A program made the translations under genes and the position numbers. The notes beneath the pieces are model-generated. The model did not search any database, was not told the origin of the DNA, and worked only from the letters and a program-made list of their open reading frames with translations. A DNA stretch of 64,000 nt, taken from assembly GCA_951406725.2 (NCBI GenBank), contig OX597826.1:76880001-76944000 (forward strand), given 5' to 3'. Below are positions 28,567-41,485 of this stretch, one piece after another (within the stretch, counting starts at the first letter, position 1; each line of letters begins with the position of its first letter). Origin of the DNA: Octopus vulgaris (lineage: Eukaryota).

Positions 28567-29110
28567 ACAAGACCAGCTTAAATTGCCCGCCTAACAGCTC
28601 CCCGCGTGATACATACGTCTAAGTGCCTCTTCTAATTTCTTAACTAGGTCTCCCTCTATTTTATTTCGATCTATCGCTAAAGCTTTGCTATAACTAACCG
28701 TTTCTGCTTTATCTGTCCTCTCTTGGGAAAACCACTATTTGTTATTGACAATGGCTCCCGTCAACACTCTCCTAACTAATGTATTAATCTGGTCTTTGTA
28801 AGCCTGTTGCGCCGGGAGCGACGCGTTCAGCTTCCAATATCTGGGGCCCTGCCTATGATGCTTATCTAAGTCTAGCGTACACGTGACGAATCTGTGATCT
28901 GACTATGTGAAATTGTGGACAGCCTACACTATCCTTATCCACTGTTCTATAGAATATTGTATCTAAATAAGATCTGGACAAACCGATGCGGTTGGTCCAT
29001 GTACACGTTGGCAGATTCGGGTAGTCCAGTCGGTAACTGTCAGACAGAGGAAAACGTCTGAGCAGGTCTCTGAGTAATTTGCACCCCATTCTCTTTCTAT
29101 CGGTACCTAC
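28567..29110 (-). mobile_element. Tx1/L1-group LINE fragment: APE endonuclease C-terminus and linker
   Basis: Minus-strand peptides [17 protein letters not shown] and [12 protein letters not shown]...GPRYWKLNASL (APE 'SDH' motif and the post-APE GxWKLN motif). 5' edge abuts (TATC)n. Confidence 0.85.
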
Positions 29111-29112
29111 AT

Positions 29113-29207
<95 letters not shown>

Positions 29208-29218
29208 TATAGATAGAT

Positions 29219-29321
<103 letters not shown>

Positions 29322-29334
29322 CAGATAGATAGAT

Positions 29335-29443
29335 ATGTTTCTTTATTAGCCACACAGGGCTGCACACAGACAGGACAAATTACAAGGTAGAGCTTTTCTT
29401 TTGGGGGTAAAAAAAGGGGGTTTGGACAGACAGACAGACAGAC

Positions 29444-29509
<66 letters not shown>

Positions 29510-29641
29510 TTAGATAGATAGATAGATAGATAGACAGACAGATAGATAGATATGTTTCTTTATTAGCCACACAGGGCTGCACACAGACAGGACAAATTAC
29601 AAGGTAGAGCTTTTCTTTTGGGGGTAAAAAAAGGGGGTTTG

Positions 29642-29643
<2 letters not shown>
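29335..29643 (-). mobile_element. Two identical ~90-bp Tx1-like 3' ends (29335-29425, 29552-29643) in (GATA)n
   Basis: Reverse complement matches the LINE terminus at ~58290-58346 (CTCTACCTTGT...CAGCCCTGT.TGG.TAATAAAGAAACAT). Confidence 0.85.
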
Positions 29644-29723
<80 letters not shown>

Positions 29724-30422
29724 ACTATCTGCATATGTGTACATCTGCATGAGTATTTACACACACATTCCTTCTTCAGTCGTCACCCGCTCTGTTGACA
29801 ATATTTTAATTTTAAAGTGAAAACAGTACATCCATTGATATGAAAAATAAAATATTTTCAGAATTTAGAAATACATCTCTAAATATTCTTGAAAACATAT
29901 TGCAAGAATTAATGAATTCCATTTTTTTTGTTCCAGATTGCAGTCGGCAGCCATACAACGTTGTGCAACAGTGTGTTTCTTTCCCTAAATCACTTCAGCT
30001 TTTTCAAATAAAGTACAGTGAGAATACTCTGCAAACAAACGAAATAAGTACATCGTACTTACTTCACTGAAAATATCGTTAAGAAAAGAGATTCAGAAAG
30101 TCAGTGAGAAGCAGCTCGTCACTTCCTTGTACAAATATATTTGGTATTTAAAGGAAGATAATATTAACGATTATGAAATTGATTGGTCCCTTGGTGGACG
30201 TGAACCCCGCCCGACAATTTTAATTGTTGTCGAAGATGTGAAATGTGTCAAAGTAGAAGTATCTTTGGGAATTTTGAACAGAAGTTTAGAATTTACGAAT
30301 TCTTGCATACAATTCCACCGAAATTTAAAACGACTTATTTCTTCATAAATTCAGTTGTAAAATGGCTTATATCCTTCATAATCATTTTATTATAAATAGA
30401 AAGCTGGTCAACAAATACGGAG

Positions 30423-30463
<41 letters not shown>

Positions 30464-32222
30464 AAAGAGAGATATGGAGAAAGAGAGAGTAATCATTATT
30501 CATCCAACATTTAAATAATTCATTAAAAAGACACACACACGCACGGGCATACATATCTTCTGTGCGAGTTTGCGCGTGCATACGTGTGTATATATATGAT
30601 TATGCATATGTGTGTGTGTGTGTATGTCTCTGTGTGTATGTCTGTGTGTGTGCGCGTGTGTGTGTTTTGTGCATAAGATACCTCAGGGGATTGTTTGTAT
30701 GCAATGAGTAATAAAGGAAAAAGTGCAATATGCGAAATCAAGTGAGTGGAAGAACATGGTCGACTAAGACCATCCCGACAATTACAGTTTAAAACTTTCT
30801 GTAAAAGTGTTTCAATCTAAAAACCGGAAACAAAAGAGATCGTTCTCATATAATCAACTGAAAATAGATTTACTGCTCCAGCATAGCCGCAGTCAAATGA
30901 CTGAAACAGGTAAAGGAGATAATGCTGTATAAGAGTGAAGTTTTTTGTCGAACTTGGTGAATATCAACGAAGCATGTTCGCACTTGCCGTTGACTCCTCT
31001 CAACTCATCTGATTATGTGTGAGAAAAGAAAGAAGTGATGTCCGTTGATGATGTGTTTCGACGTTTGATAGGGGGAAATATTTCAATTGCGTGTTCGATC
31101 TGTTGCATATGATATACGATAAACGCTCACATATGGAACTTAGTGAGTAGGAAAACATCAGTTGTTTGAAATTATCTCTGCACTTAAAGGACCGAAGAGA
31201 AACATTAGGGGTTTTCAAATGCAGAGAAAGCAATCAGGCGAGATACAAATTTTGGGGAAAATATTAAAATACAGGGAGTTTTCTCTCTTATTTTCATTTT
31301 GATTCTACTAATTGCCTCTGGATCAGTAGGTAATATTCGTGGCCTTCGCAATTCCACTAGGATTATTGAGAGAATGGTTAAGCTTTTGCTTAAAATTGCT
31401 ACAAACTGACACAACAAACGGCGCTTGCTGCTTTTACAACCATCTTCAAATATCAGGAGGAAGCTGTGGATGTTTCTCGACCTGCTATAAACAAGAACCA
31501 AATATATCACAAGTCGCGCATTGCTGTCTAAAAAGAAAGAAAACGTTATTTAATGTTGTCCTACATACCGGTAAAATCCGAGATGGTCACAACTAGAATG
31601 CCTTTGATCACGCCTAGGATGGCTTTGATCTATCTACAGTCTAAGATGCAGCTGGACAGCTAACTGTACCACCACAGCCCCCACCTCTGCTTGTATCATT
31701 ACACCGATTGAGGGCAACGAGGCGAGCATAATTCTTTGAATACCGTCTTAGAAAGGAAGGACATCTCAGGAAATATACTCTTGTTTTACTATGTATAAAA
31801 AGACAGAATGGTTTGGGCGACCAAGTAATACAACAACAACAACAACAACAACAACTAGCCATCATAAAACAATAACAAGTGCAACGAAAATACGTCAACC
31901 ACAGCAACGACCATAGCAATCACATCTACAGCAATAACAGAAACAACTTGGACAACAGAACCAAAAACAGGGTAGAATGCCAATAACAACAATTTCACAG
32001 TCATCATAGACTCTTATCACAGTGGTCCTTGCTGTGGCTGTTGTTGTTGGTGGTGGTGTCTTCTATGGCAGTCCATGTGTCCCTGATGATGGCTGTCAAA
32101 GTAAAGTCTCACACCCGATACTCATTCACGTTTCCAGCATTTCCAGCCGATAAACTAGAAACGAGTAACAACGTAAATGCTAGACAACCATATTTACATG
32201 CATACATGCATACATACATACA

Positions 32223-32256
<34 letters not shown>

Positions 32257-33282
32257 CATACATACATACATACGTACATACATGCATACATACATAGATA
32301 CACATTTATACACACACACACAAATATATATATATATATATATATAAATAATTATATTTCTATGTACATACGTATTTACATTCATACATAGAAATATCTA
32401 TCCATCCGGCTAACTAATTCACCCATCCACACACGTATACATACATATATTCATATACATACTGTCACATATACACATGTTTATATATACACACACACGC
32501 TTACACGTACATTCACGCACAAGTAAATGCATGCATATCACACACACACATATAAAAATGGAAAAAACATGATATATACATATACACACCATCTCTCTCT
32601 CTCTCCCTCTTTCTCTCTCACTCTCTTTCAAACAAAAGACACGTATAAAAACACGCCGTTCTGCTGCAACGCCTCAAAACAGTCTCTCTGTCAACGCCAT
32701 CAAAATTATCGTCACCACGAACACCATTGCTGCTGCCGCTATCAGCACCAGCAACATCAAGAACGACACCGCCATCACTGGCACCAACAAAGCCAACACC
32801 ATCATCATTATCACCACACTGGACTATAAGAGCGCCAATACCACCGTCATCACCCTCCTTGCCAGACACACCACCACGAACGCCATCCCTAACGCCACCA
32901 CGAACGCTGGTACCGTCAACGTCTACCTCGCATCATCCCCAAAGTCATAGGAATTCCAATTTGACACCAGGCAGGCTGGCAGAGTTTGTCAAGCTGTTTT
33001 GCAGGCGTCTGAATCAGTCCAGTGTGGTGTGAAAAGGTTCCTCGGTCGCTGGTGCAGCTCTATTCAACGATATTGTCCTTCTCCGAATTCTGCACGTCTG
33101 GCCACCTTTATCTAGCTGGATATAACATTGGCGTCGCAAATTCAGCTGAGCACTGACATACATACCGCTCAACACACACACACACACACATACACACACT
33201 CACACACACACACACGTGGACACATAGATTGCCTTGCACGAGCACAAGTACGTAGATTATATGTGCATTTTGTATGTGTGTG

Positions 33283-33347
<65 letters not shown>

Positions 33348-33524
33348 ACATACATATATATATATGTATATTTATATATATGTATGTATATATATATGCA
33401 CACACACACACACATATATTTACATACATATAGATAGATACCTGAATACATACATTTATATCATATATATATGTGTCTGTGTGTGTGTATGTGTGCGTAT
33501 GAATTCTTAAAAGGAAAATGTTGA

Positions 33525-33690
33525 CAATGGGTTCGAATTTTCGACATGCTCGGCTTCATCAGATTGATGTCAGGCCTTGTGTAACTTGATAAATGTGTAC
33601 TCTACTAAATAAGTACGTCGAACATCAGTGCGTGGTACGAAGTATTCTGTATCCTTGGGTTGATCAATGGTTTCTAAGTGAAATTTGTTT
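33525..33690 (-). mobile_element. Decayed Penelope-like element, GIY-YIG C-terminal remnant
   Basis: Minus-strand YRILRT..RRTYLVEYTFIKLHK/PDIN (with frameshifts) resembles the LExxFIKxxKPxLN end motif. Followed by a degenerate CTGATGA...GAAA. Confidence 0.45.
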
Positions 33691-33987
33691 GACGCAAACC
33701 AGGCCATTGTACGTCACCCATTTGAATGTGTATTAAGGAATGACTCGGTGTCCATGATGACGTTCACGATTACACTGCTTAAGGAGCGCCGCTGATGCTT
33801 TTTATGCGTAACTTAGACGCTGGGAAAGTAGTTAAAGTGTAATACCAAATTGTATGATAAACCTTGGGTCTGATAATTTGTCATTAATTAGTCATGCCCC
33901 AGGATTTCTGCAGTCCAGAACCTGAATGAGGAAAGACTATGTCAGTGTGTATGTATATATATATACATACGTGTTTGTGTATATATA

Positions 33988-34280
33988 TGTATCACCGTGA
34001 CCGACCAGGCTATCAGATGTTGCTATACATCGCTGGACACAATGCGCTTCGCATTGCTTTTAGCCATCAAATGACGCCACCCCGCTGGCTAAGCGAGCAG
34101 GCTAACAGAAGAAAGAGTGAGAGAAAGTTGTGGCGAAAGAGTACAGCATGGATTGCCACCAACCCCTGCCGGAGCCTCGTGGAGCTTTAGGTGTTTTCGC
34201 TCAATAAACACTCACAACGCCCGGTCTGGGAATCGAAACCGCGATCCTACGACCGCGAGTTCATTGCCCTAACCACTGGG

Positions 34281-34281
<1 letters not shown>
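33988..34281 (-). mobile_element. tRNA-derived SINE, third family
   Basis: Minus-strand head GCCCAGTGGTTAGGGC...GGTTTCGATTCCCAG (boxes A/B). Body shared with 36830-36970. Confidence 0.8.
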
Positions 34282-34321
<40 letters not shown>

Positions 34322-34358
34322 GTACGTACATATATACATATACGTACACACATATATA

Positions 34359-34404
<46 letters not shown>

Positions 34405-34452
34405 TACACACATATATATATGTATGTATATCTATATATGTATATATACATA

Positions 34453-34512
<60 letters not shown>

Positions 34513-34869
34513 CACTCCCACTGCTAAGCTAAGTTGGCAGTGGCTGGTAACAATGTCCAATCTTAAGATCCTTCGAACGATATCGAAATATCATAGAGCA
34601 ATCGACAAATAACTTCCACTGTCGCAAATCGCTGGGGACTCTTGCTATGAACTGGCGCCAAAGTTATATGAACGCCTCTTCTACTCCTCAGGGATATCAT
34701 TAGCCGAAGTTGTGCGTTGAGGGCAAAAGAAGGAACTTTTTCATTTACTACCACCATTACTGCTACTAATACTAATACTAATATTAATAATGATAATAGT
34801 AATCATAATAATATCATTATCATTATTATTAGTAGTAGTAGTAGTAGTATTAGTTGTTGTTGTAGTAGT

Positions 34870-34956
<87 letters not shown>

Positions 34957-34984
34957 TGGTGTTGTATGATGATGATGAGGATGA

Positions 34985-35248
34985 GGATAAGTGTCAGCTG
35001 TCCACAACTAGCAGATTAAGGTGACACTTGATTACTGGTCATGCTTCAAGAACCCAGTAAAGAATTCTTGCAGCTCCAAGCAGTTATGATTGTTGTAGGT
35101 GTCCTATCTCCACACTTGCACTAGTCTTTTTCAGCCATGTTGATAGTTGAGTGCTGATACTTCCAGGTACGCCAATTACTATTGGTACCACGTCTACTCT
35201 CTCTCTGTGACGACAACCTTCTTATTTCCCACTCCAAATCGTCGTAGT
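34985..35248 (-). mobile_element. R4/Dong-clade non-LTR retrotransposon 3' fragment (RLE C-terminus)
   Basis: Minus-strand YDDLEWEIRRL../VDVVPIVIGVPGSI...HLQQS*LLGAARILYWVLEA*, matching the YxDLxxEIxRLW..VVPIVIGALG...LQKxxLLGTARIL pattern. Confidence 0.8.
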
Positions 35249-35346
35249 TGGTCAGTCTCTATTCTTTTCTTTCTTTGACAGGACATGCTACGTTGATTAT
35301 CATGCATCTTCTTTCTTTTTCTTTTTTTTCACCGCAACAGTGTCCG

Positions 35347-35450
<104 letters not shown>

Positions 35451-35454
35451 CATT

Positions 35455-35553
35455 GAGTGAGAGAGCAGTTCATGCCATCAAAGTGACACTGGGGTAAAAT
35501 ATACGAAGCCCAATATACCCATCATGACTACCCGTCTGATAAAGGTACACCAG
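35455..35553 (-). mobile_element. 5'-truncated copy 3 of the (TAA)n-embedded element
   Basis: Matches 21030-21128. (ATT)n on both sides. Confidence 0.85.
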
Positions 35554-35578
35554 ATTATTATTATTATTATTATTATTA

Positions 35579-35654
<76 letters not shown>

Positions 35655-35710
35655 CATTATTATTATTATTGCCATTGCTGTTGTCGTTGTTGTTGTTGTT
35701 GTTGTTATTC

Positions 35711-36378
35711 AGTAGTCTTATTTCCATCACTTACTTTCACTGCACTGTCAAGCGCAGCTCTGTGTGCCTTGTGTATGTGCTGTGGTTCGTTGTGATGCTT
35801 TTATTTTTACTGTATTGAAAGTGTTTTACGTAGGATGTGTGCGGTGCCTAGTAGTGCTATTTTCTTGTATGTTATATATACTTGTTAGTCTTGGTGTTTT
35901 CGTTATGTATTTTTTATCACACCTAATGCGCCTACCATGATAGAAATTGTTTCTGTTTTTAGATTCTACATTCGAGTTACCTCTATTTCCAGGTCTTTGT
36001 ATTTTAAAATTTTCTTCGTTTCTTTTAGAGAAACATTGTCATCTATAGTTATTGATACATCGATTAGAAAGCATTTTTTTTCTTGATGATCTCTGACAAC
36101 TATATCTGGCCTATTGGCCATAATTTCTCTATCTGTGTGTATTGGCATATCCCAGAGTATGGTTGCTTTCTCGTTTTCTGTGACCTTTTCTGGTGTGTGC
36201 CTATACCATCATTTTTCTGTTGTTATTCCGTTGTGTTTGGAGAGCCTCCAGTGTACACAGGTCCCAATTCTGTCGTGTCTGTGAATATACTCCTTCTTAG
36301 CCAGGACTAGGCAGCCAGAGACAATGTGGTTTATTGTTTCTTGTCCATCTCCACATATTCTGCAGTTACTTGTTATGT
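35711..36378 (-). mobile_element. R4/Dong-clade retrotransposon 3' fragment (CCHC knuckle, restriction-like endonuclease, 3' UTR)
   Basis: Minus-strand CRICGDGQETINHIVSGC (CX2CX8HX4C), then TDREIMANRPDIVVRD..KCFLIDVS..KYKDLEIEVTRM and ALLGTAHILRKTL*. The 3' end runs into (CAA)/(TAA)n. Confidence 0.92.
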
Positions 36379-36724
36379 AAGGCGAAGTACCTGACTGGGA
36401 CGAATGACAAAGTTGGCCTCGACAGCATTTGAATGCAGAACATGAAAAGCCGGAACAAAGTTTGACACCCTCAATGGCTTCAAATTCAAGCAGAAAGGGA
36501 ACAATTTTGAGGGGAGGATTTTGTCAATGAATGAGACAAAAAATCAATGATATTTCAAGGAATTTGAAAGGGATGATGTGCCACAATCTGATCTTAAGAC
36601 CTAGTTCTGTACCAACGTTCTATGACTGAATACGGCCTCCAAGAAAAGTTTTACCCAGCAGCAGAAAGTTTCTTTTCGGATCCCCTTTTTTGTGAATGCT
36701 ACTCTCCAATATAAACAAATATTT

Positions 36725-36972
36725 TATGTGTTGTTGTTTGTTCCTTCTCGAGCCATGCCTGCTTCATAAAGGCTGGTTTCCCACCTGGATTGGACGCTGG
36801 TCCGTCGCAGGTGAGCTGCAAGATGCAGGAGGAAAGAGTGAGAGAAATTTCTGGCTAAAGAATCAGCAGAAGTTCGCCATTACCTTCTGTCAGTGCCGCG
36901 TGGAGCTTAGGTGTTTTCGCTCATAAACACACACATTGCCTGGTCTGAGATCCGAACCCGCGATCTCTCAAC
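36725..36972 (-). mobile_element. tRNA-derived SINE related to 33988-34281, with a different tail
   Basis: Shared GTGGAGCTT(T)AGGTGTTTTCGCTCA(A)TAAACAC.CACA...GGTCTG.GA..CGAA.CCGCGATC. Confidence 0.7.
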
Positions 36973-37466
36973 TGCCAATATGAACAAATTCATGACCATG
37001 TGCATCCTACAGTTTACAGAGGCCCTAAGACAGTGAATGGATGTATGTCTCCTGATGTGTGTTTCATATGCGTATGTTTGTGAATGCCTGTCTGACTATG
37101 CATGTTCTATATGTGCACGTTTGTGTATGTATGTATGTATGTATGTATGTATGTATGTATGTATGTATGTATGTATGTGGACATATAGAGTGCTTGAGTG
37201 TATGCACGTCATTGAACACTTTTAGTACTATATATATGTGTGCGAGTGAATGTGTGTGTGCCTGTATGTATGCGCATGTCTGTGAGTGAAGGAGGAGGAG
37301 ACAATCATAAATAGAGAAAACAGAAAAGAAAAAAACGATAAACAAACTGAAAGAAAAAATTCAAGAAAAACAAAAAGCTTTCCTTTATACGCGCACACAT
37401 ATACGTACATATATACACACATATACACACATGCACACTCGTACATGCGTATACGTACATTATATA

Positions 37467-37522
<56 letters not shown>

Positions 37523-37564
37523 TGTATGTATGTATGTATAGTTATGCACACGCACATATATATC

Positions 37565-37880
<316 letters not shown>

Positions 37881-37919
37881 ACTGTTACTGTCAAACGTAT
37901 CCCCTTATCCTTTTCCGTA

Positions 37920-38005
37920 TACTAACACTGTATATTAGAAATTCCTTCCTTCATTTGCTTTTGCAGGTCGACGGACAACCCCTGCTGACTTGTTTGACAA
38001 GCTTG
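37920..38005 (+). other. Strong candidate 3' splice site and possible 39-nt exon
   Basis: TACTAAC branch consensus at 37920-37926, pyrimidine tract, TTTTGCAG|G at 37966/37967. Weak donor candidate TTG|GTTTGG after 38005. Confidence 0.35.
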
Positions 38006-38636
38006 GTTTGGAATTTTCATGGGAGAATACAGAGATGAATCCCCGATGCCATAGTTTCTCTTTTTATTGTTTATTTTATTTTTTGTTTTTTACGAGACAC
38101 CTATTCTCTTTGTCTCCTAAAGTCAAAACCGAGAAATTTGCAGAGAAACTGTGTCTGAGAAAAACTGGAACATTTCTTCATACTTGTCCCGCGTTTGGCG
38201 ACAGAATGACTAGCGAAGATGAAACCGGTGGAAATTGAATTAAGTCCTCAGGTAACAGGAACAAACATCGTAACGCATTCTATTCCATCCGATGCTCCAC
38301 CGATCTGCCAGAATCCCCTCGCTAAACTAGATGACATTATCTTCAAAATGTTAAGTTCATCTTTATGTTTTGTTATCATCTTATGAATTGTTAAGCAGCG
38401 GAGAACGGGACATGCATATAAGAGTTTGTATTTTTAGGAACGATAATTAAATCTTCTTCAAAGGAAACCTTGTCGTTTTAAATAAGTTAAAGTCAACTGT
38501 ATAGCCATGGCTGGGATGTCTTCAATCGTAAATCGATGTGTAGCTGGTGCACGACTAAGCAATAACAAAACCCGTGTTTATTATTTATATTTATTACTTT
38601 TATTTATCTATCTATCATATTCCTTTCCTTTCTACT

Positions 38637-39234
38637 ATGGGCACCAGACCTGAAATTTTGTGGGAGAGGCTCTAGTCGATTACATCGACACCGGTGCCTA
38701 ACTGGTACTTAATTTATCGACCCCGAAAGGATGGAAGGCAAAGTCGACCTCCGCGGAATTTGAACTCAGAACATGAATACTTCTTTACTACCCACAAGGG
38801 GCTAAACACAGAGAGGACAAGTAAGGACAGACAAACGGATTAAGTCGATTATATCGACCCCAGTGCGTAACTGGTACTTATTTAATCGACCCCGAAATGA
38901 TGAAAGGCAAAGTCGACCTCGGCGGAATTTGAACTCAGAACGTAAAGACGGACAAAATGCCGCTAATCATTTTGCCCGGCGCGCTAACGACTTTGCAAGC
39001 TCGACACCTTAAATACGCTTATATAATAATTCAAAATTTTGGCGCAAGGCCAGCAATTATAAAGGGAGGGGTAAGTCGATTACATCGATCACAGTATTCA
39101 ACTGGTACTTACCTTATCAACGCTGGAAAGATGATAGCCAAAGCTGGCAGAATCTGAACTCAGGACTCGAAAACGGACGAAATGCCACGAAGGGTTTTGC
39201 CCGACGTCCTAACCATTGTGCCAGCTCACCGCCT
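38637..39234 (-). mobile_element. Cluster of three Deu/Nin-like SINE copies (tail types 1, 2, 1)
   Basis: Repeated GGTACTT..TT.ATCGACCCCGAAA.GATG.AAGGCAAAGTCGACCTC.GCGGAATTTGAACTCAG cores. Confidence 0.88.
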
Positions 39235-39830
39235 TAACTCCACTTCTATATTAAGACGATATAACTTGGTTTATATCCTAAAATATTATAAAGTGCCATG
39301 CTTCGGTTTATATCGTACAGTGAAGATATCACTATGTTCATTACTAAAACACCATAACTATATTTGTATATTAAGATATACCAATTAGGTGTATCTGCTA
39401 TGATAAATAACTAATTAAACTATATCTTCTTCATGTTTGTCTACATATTTGGGGATCTCCTGTCCGCTTCACTCAGACATCATCTACAATTACAAAAGAC
39501 GTCAGTGTTTCCATCATCGACACCTTTGCCAGCCACATTCAGACACACCCAGCCACACCCAATTTCAGCATCTAACTGGCATCGACTATAATTACCGTAA
39601 TCGCGACGGCGGCGGCTGCGGCGGCGGCTGCGGCGGCGGCGGGGAACTGCCAGTTTTATTTCATTAAATTTTCTTCACATTTTTATTTGTTTAGTTTTTT
39701 TTTTGTGTATCTTAGCAATTTCTGTGCGATTTTTCCAAATTTTGAAGTATCATCATCATCGTCGTCGTCGTCGTCACCATCACCACCACCATCACCGCCA
39801 CCATCATCATCATCATCGTCATCTTTATTA

Positions 39831-39998
39831 CCTATTTCTTTATTACCCACAAGGGGCTAAACACAGAGGGGACAAACAAGGACAGACATAGGTATTAAGT
39901 CGATTACATCGACCCCAGTGCGTAACTGGTACTTAATTTATCGACCCCGAAAGGATGAAAGGCAAAGTCGACCTCGGTGGAATTTGAACTCACAACGT
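39831..39998 (-). mobile_element. 5'-truncated Deu/Nin-like SINE with tail type 2 (Tx1-like tail)
   Basis: Core as above. Tail TTTCTTTATTACCCACAAGGGGCTAAACACAGAGGGGACAAACAAGG on +. Confidence 0.88.
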
Positions 39999-40599
39999 AT
40001 CGACATCATCATCATCATCATAATCATCATCGTCGGCGCCGTCGTCATAATCGTTGCAATATTTGCTCCCATGTTCATCATCTCTTCCATACCTCCTACT
40101 TCTCCCAATTATCATCCTCGTCGTCGTCAGCACCAATCACTGTAGTACAAGACACTACTACTACTACCACCACCACTAGTACTACCACCCAACTAGTAAT
40201 TGACACACATGCCCATAAGGTGGTTCGACATCATTCAACGTCGCAAGAGTCACCAGCAAGGACATCGATTAAGATGGCGACTAACATTATTTCCTACTTC
40301 TATTAATGGTCACATAAACCCAAGACATTTCAAGGCTTTACATCGAGTGAAAAGAAATCAACAAAAACCGAGCAAGACAGCATCGCAGTATCTATTCTTT
40401 TTTGCCTTTCGTCCTATTGTTAAAGTTTCAGCCAAGTGCGATGGTTGACTGTAGGATCGTCCTCCAAACCGAGGCCTTCCGCTGACGTTAGAAATCAGTT
40501 GTAGCATACCTACTAGTAATGCTAATACTAATGCTACATTTATCTCAACTTACACCACCACGACCACAGCAATAACAACTCTTAGTAGTATTGCATCCA

Positions 40600-40742
40600 A
40601 GTTTTGGCACAAGGCCAGCAATTTCAGGGGAGAGGTAAGTCGATTACATCGACCCTCTACCACCCCACCCCCAGGGCTCAACTGATACTATTTTATCGAC
40701 CCCTCCCCGAAAGGATGGAAACCAAAGTCAACCTCGGCGGAA
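40600..40742 (-). mobile_element. 5'-truncated Deu/Nin-like SINE (tail type 1)
   Basis: TTTTGGCACAAGGCCAGCAATTT...AAGTCAACCTCGGCGGAA. Confidence 0.8.
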
Positions 40743-41470
40743 GTATTACTAATATTGTTAGTTCATCAACCAATCTTCTTGCATCTCACCGTTGTTTCAC
40801 TTGCTACTTTTAACTTATTAATTTTAATCTCCACCCCTCACAGACGGCTGCTGCCAACACCATTGCCACTGCCACTACTTCTACCAAAACATCCCATTAC
40901 CATCTCAGTGCTTCCTCAACACCACAGCGTTTTCCATACGATGTTAGGAATCAGATCGATCTAAGTTCCACACCACACACCTCCTGTTGTGGGCGGTTGA
41001 AAGGTTTCAGAACAAAAAATGCCTTTATCAGTCTCGAACACTGCAACCCCAGTTATTAACACCCTGTAAATAAAGGACCAATACATTTGTTTCTATCTTT
41101 TACAAAGTTTTATTGTTACCTGTTTACCCCCAAACCCCTTACTTAAACTATTATATTTTTTATTTTCATGTGTAATTTTAAAATTTTCACGGCAGCCATC
41201 TTAAACGTTTGAAAATGTGCACAAATAGGGGTTCTATAAAATATAGGCGCCAAAAGCATAAAACCGAAGTGAAAATAAAATAAGTTCCTCTCTAGCATAA
41301 AAGGTAAAAAAAATAAAAATAGCCTCGAGCTACCATCTGTTGTTGATATTGCAGTTATTGTCAGGAGGGGGGGATTTATAGTTTTATTTGCTTTTAATTG
41401 TGAAATATTTTGTTGTTTCTTTGATTATTTCATAGTTCTTGCATTAGGATTTTTTAAAGTTTAAGTCACC

Positions 41471-41485
41471 AGCGCCATCTGCTGG
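41471..41485 (-). promoter_or_regulatory. Candidate CTCF-binding motif
   Basis: Minus strand reads CCAGCAGATGGCGCT, a close match to the bilaterian CTCF core, in AT-rich unique sequence. Confidence 0.45.

Noticed and set aside
34230-34281. tRNA-like sequence (also SINE heads at 4006, 19389, 23084)
   Set aside because: Boxes A/B are present but there is no complete cloverleaf, and each continues into a SINE body. These are SINE heads, not tRNA genes.
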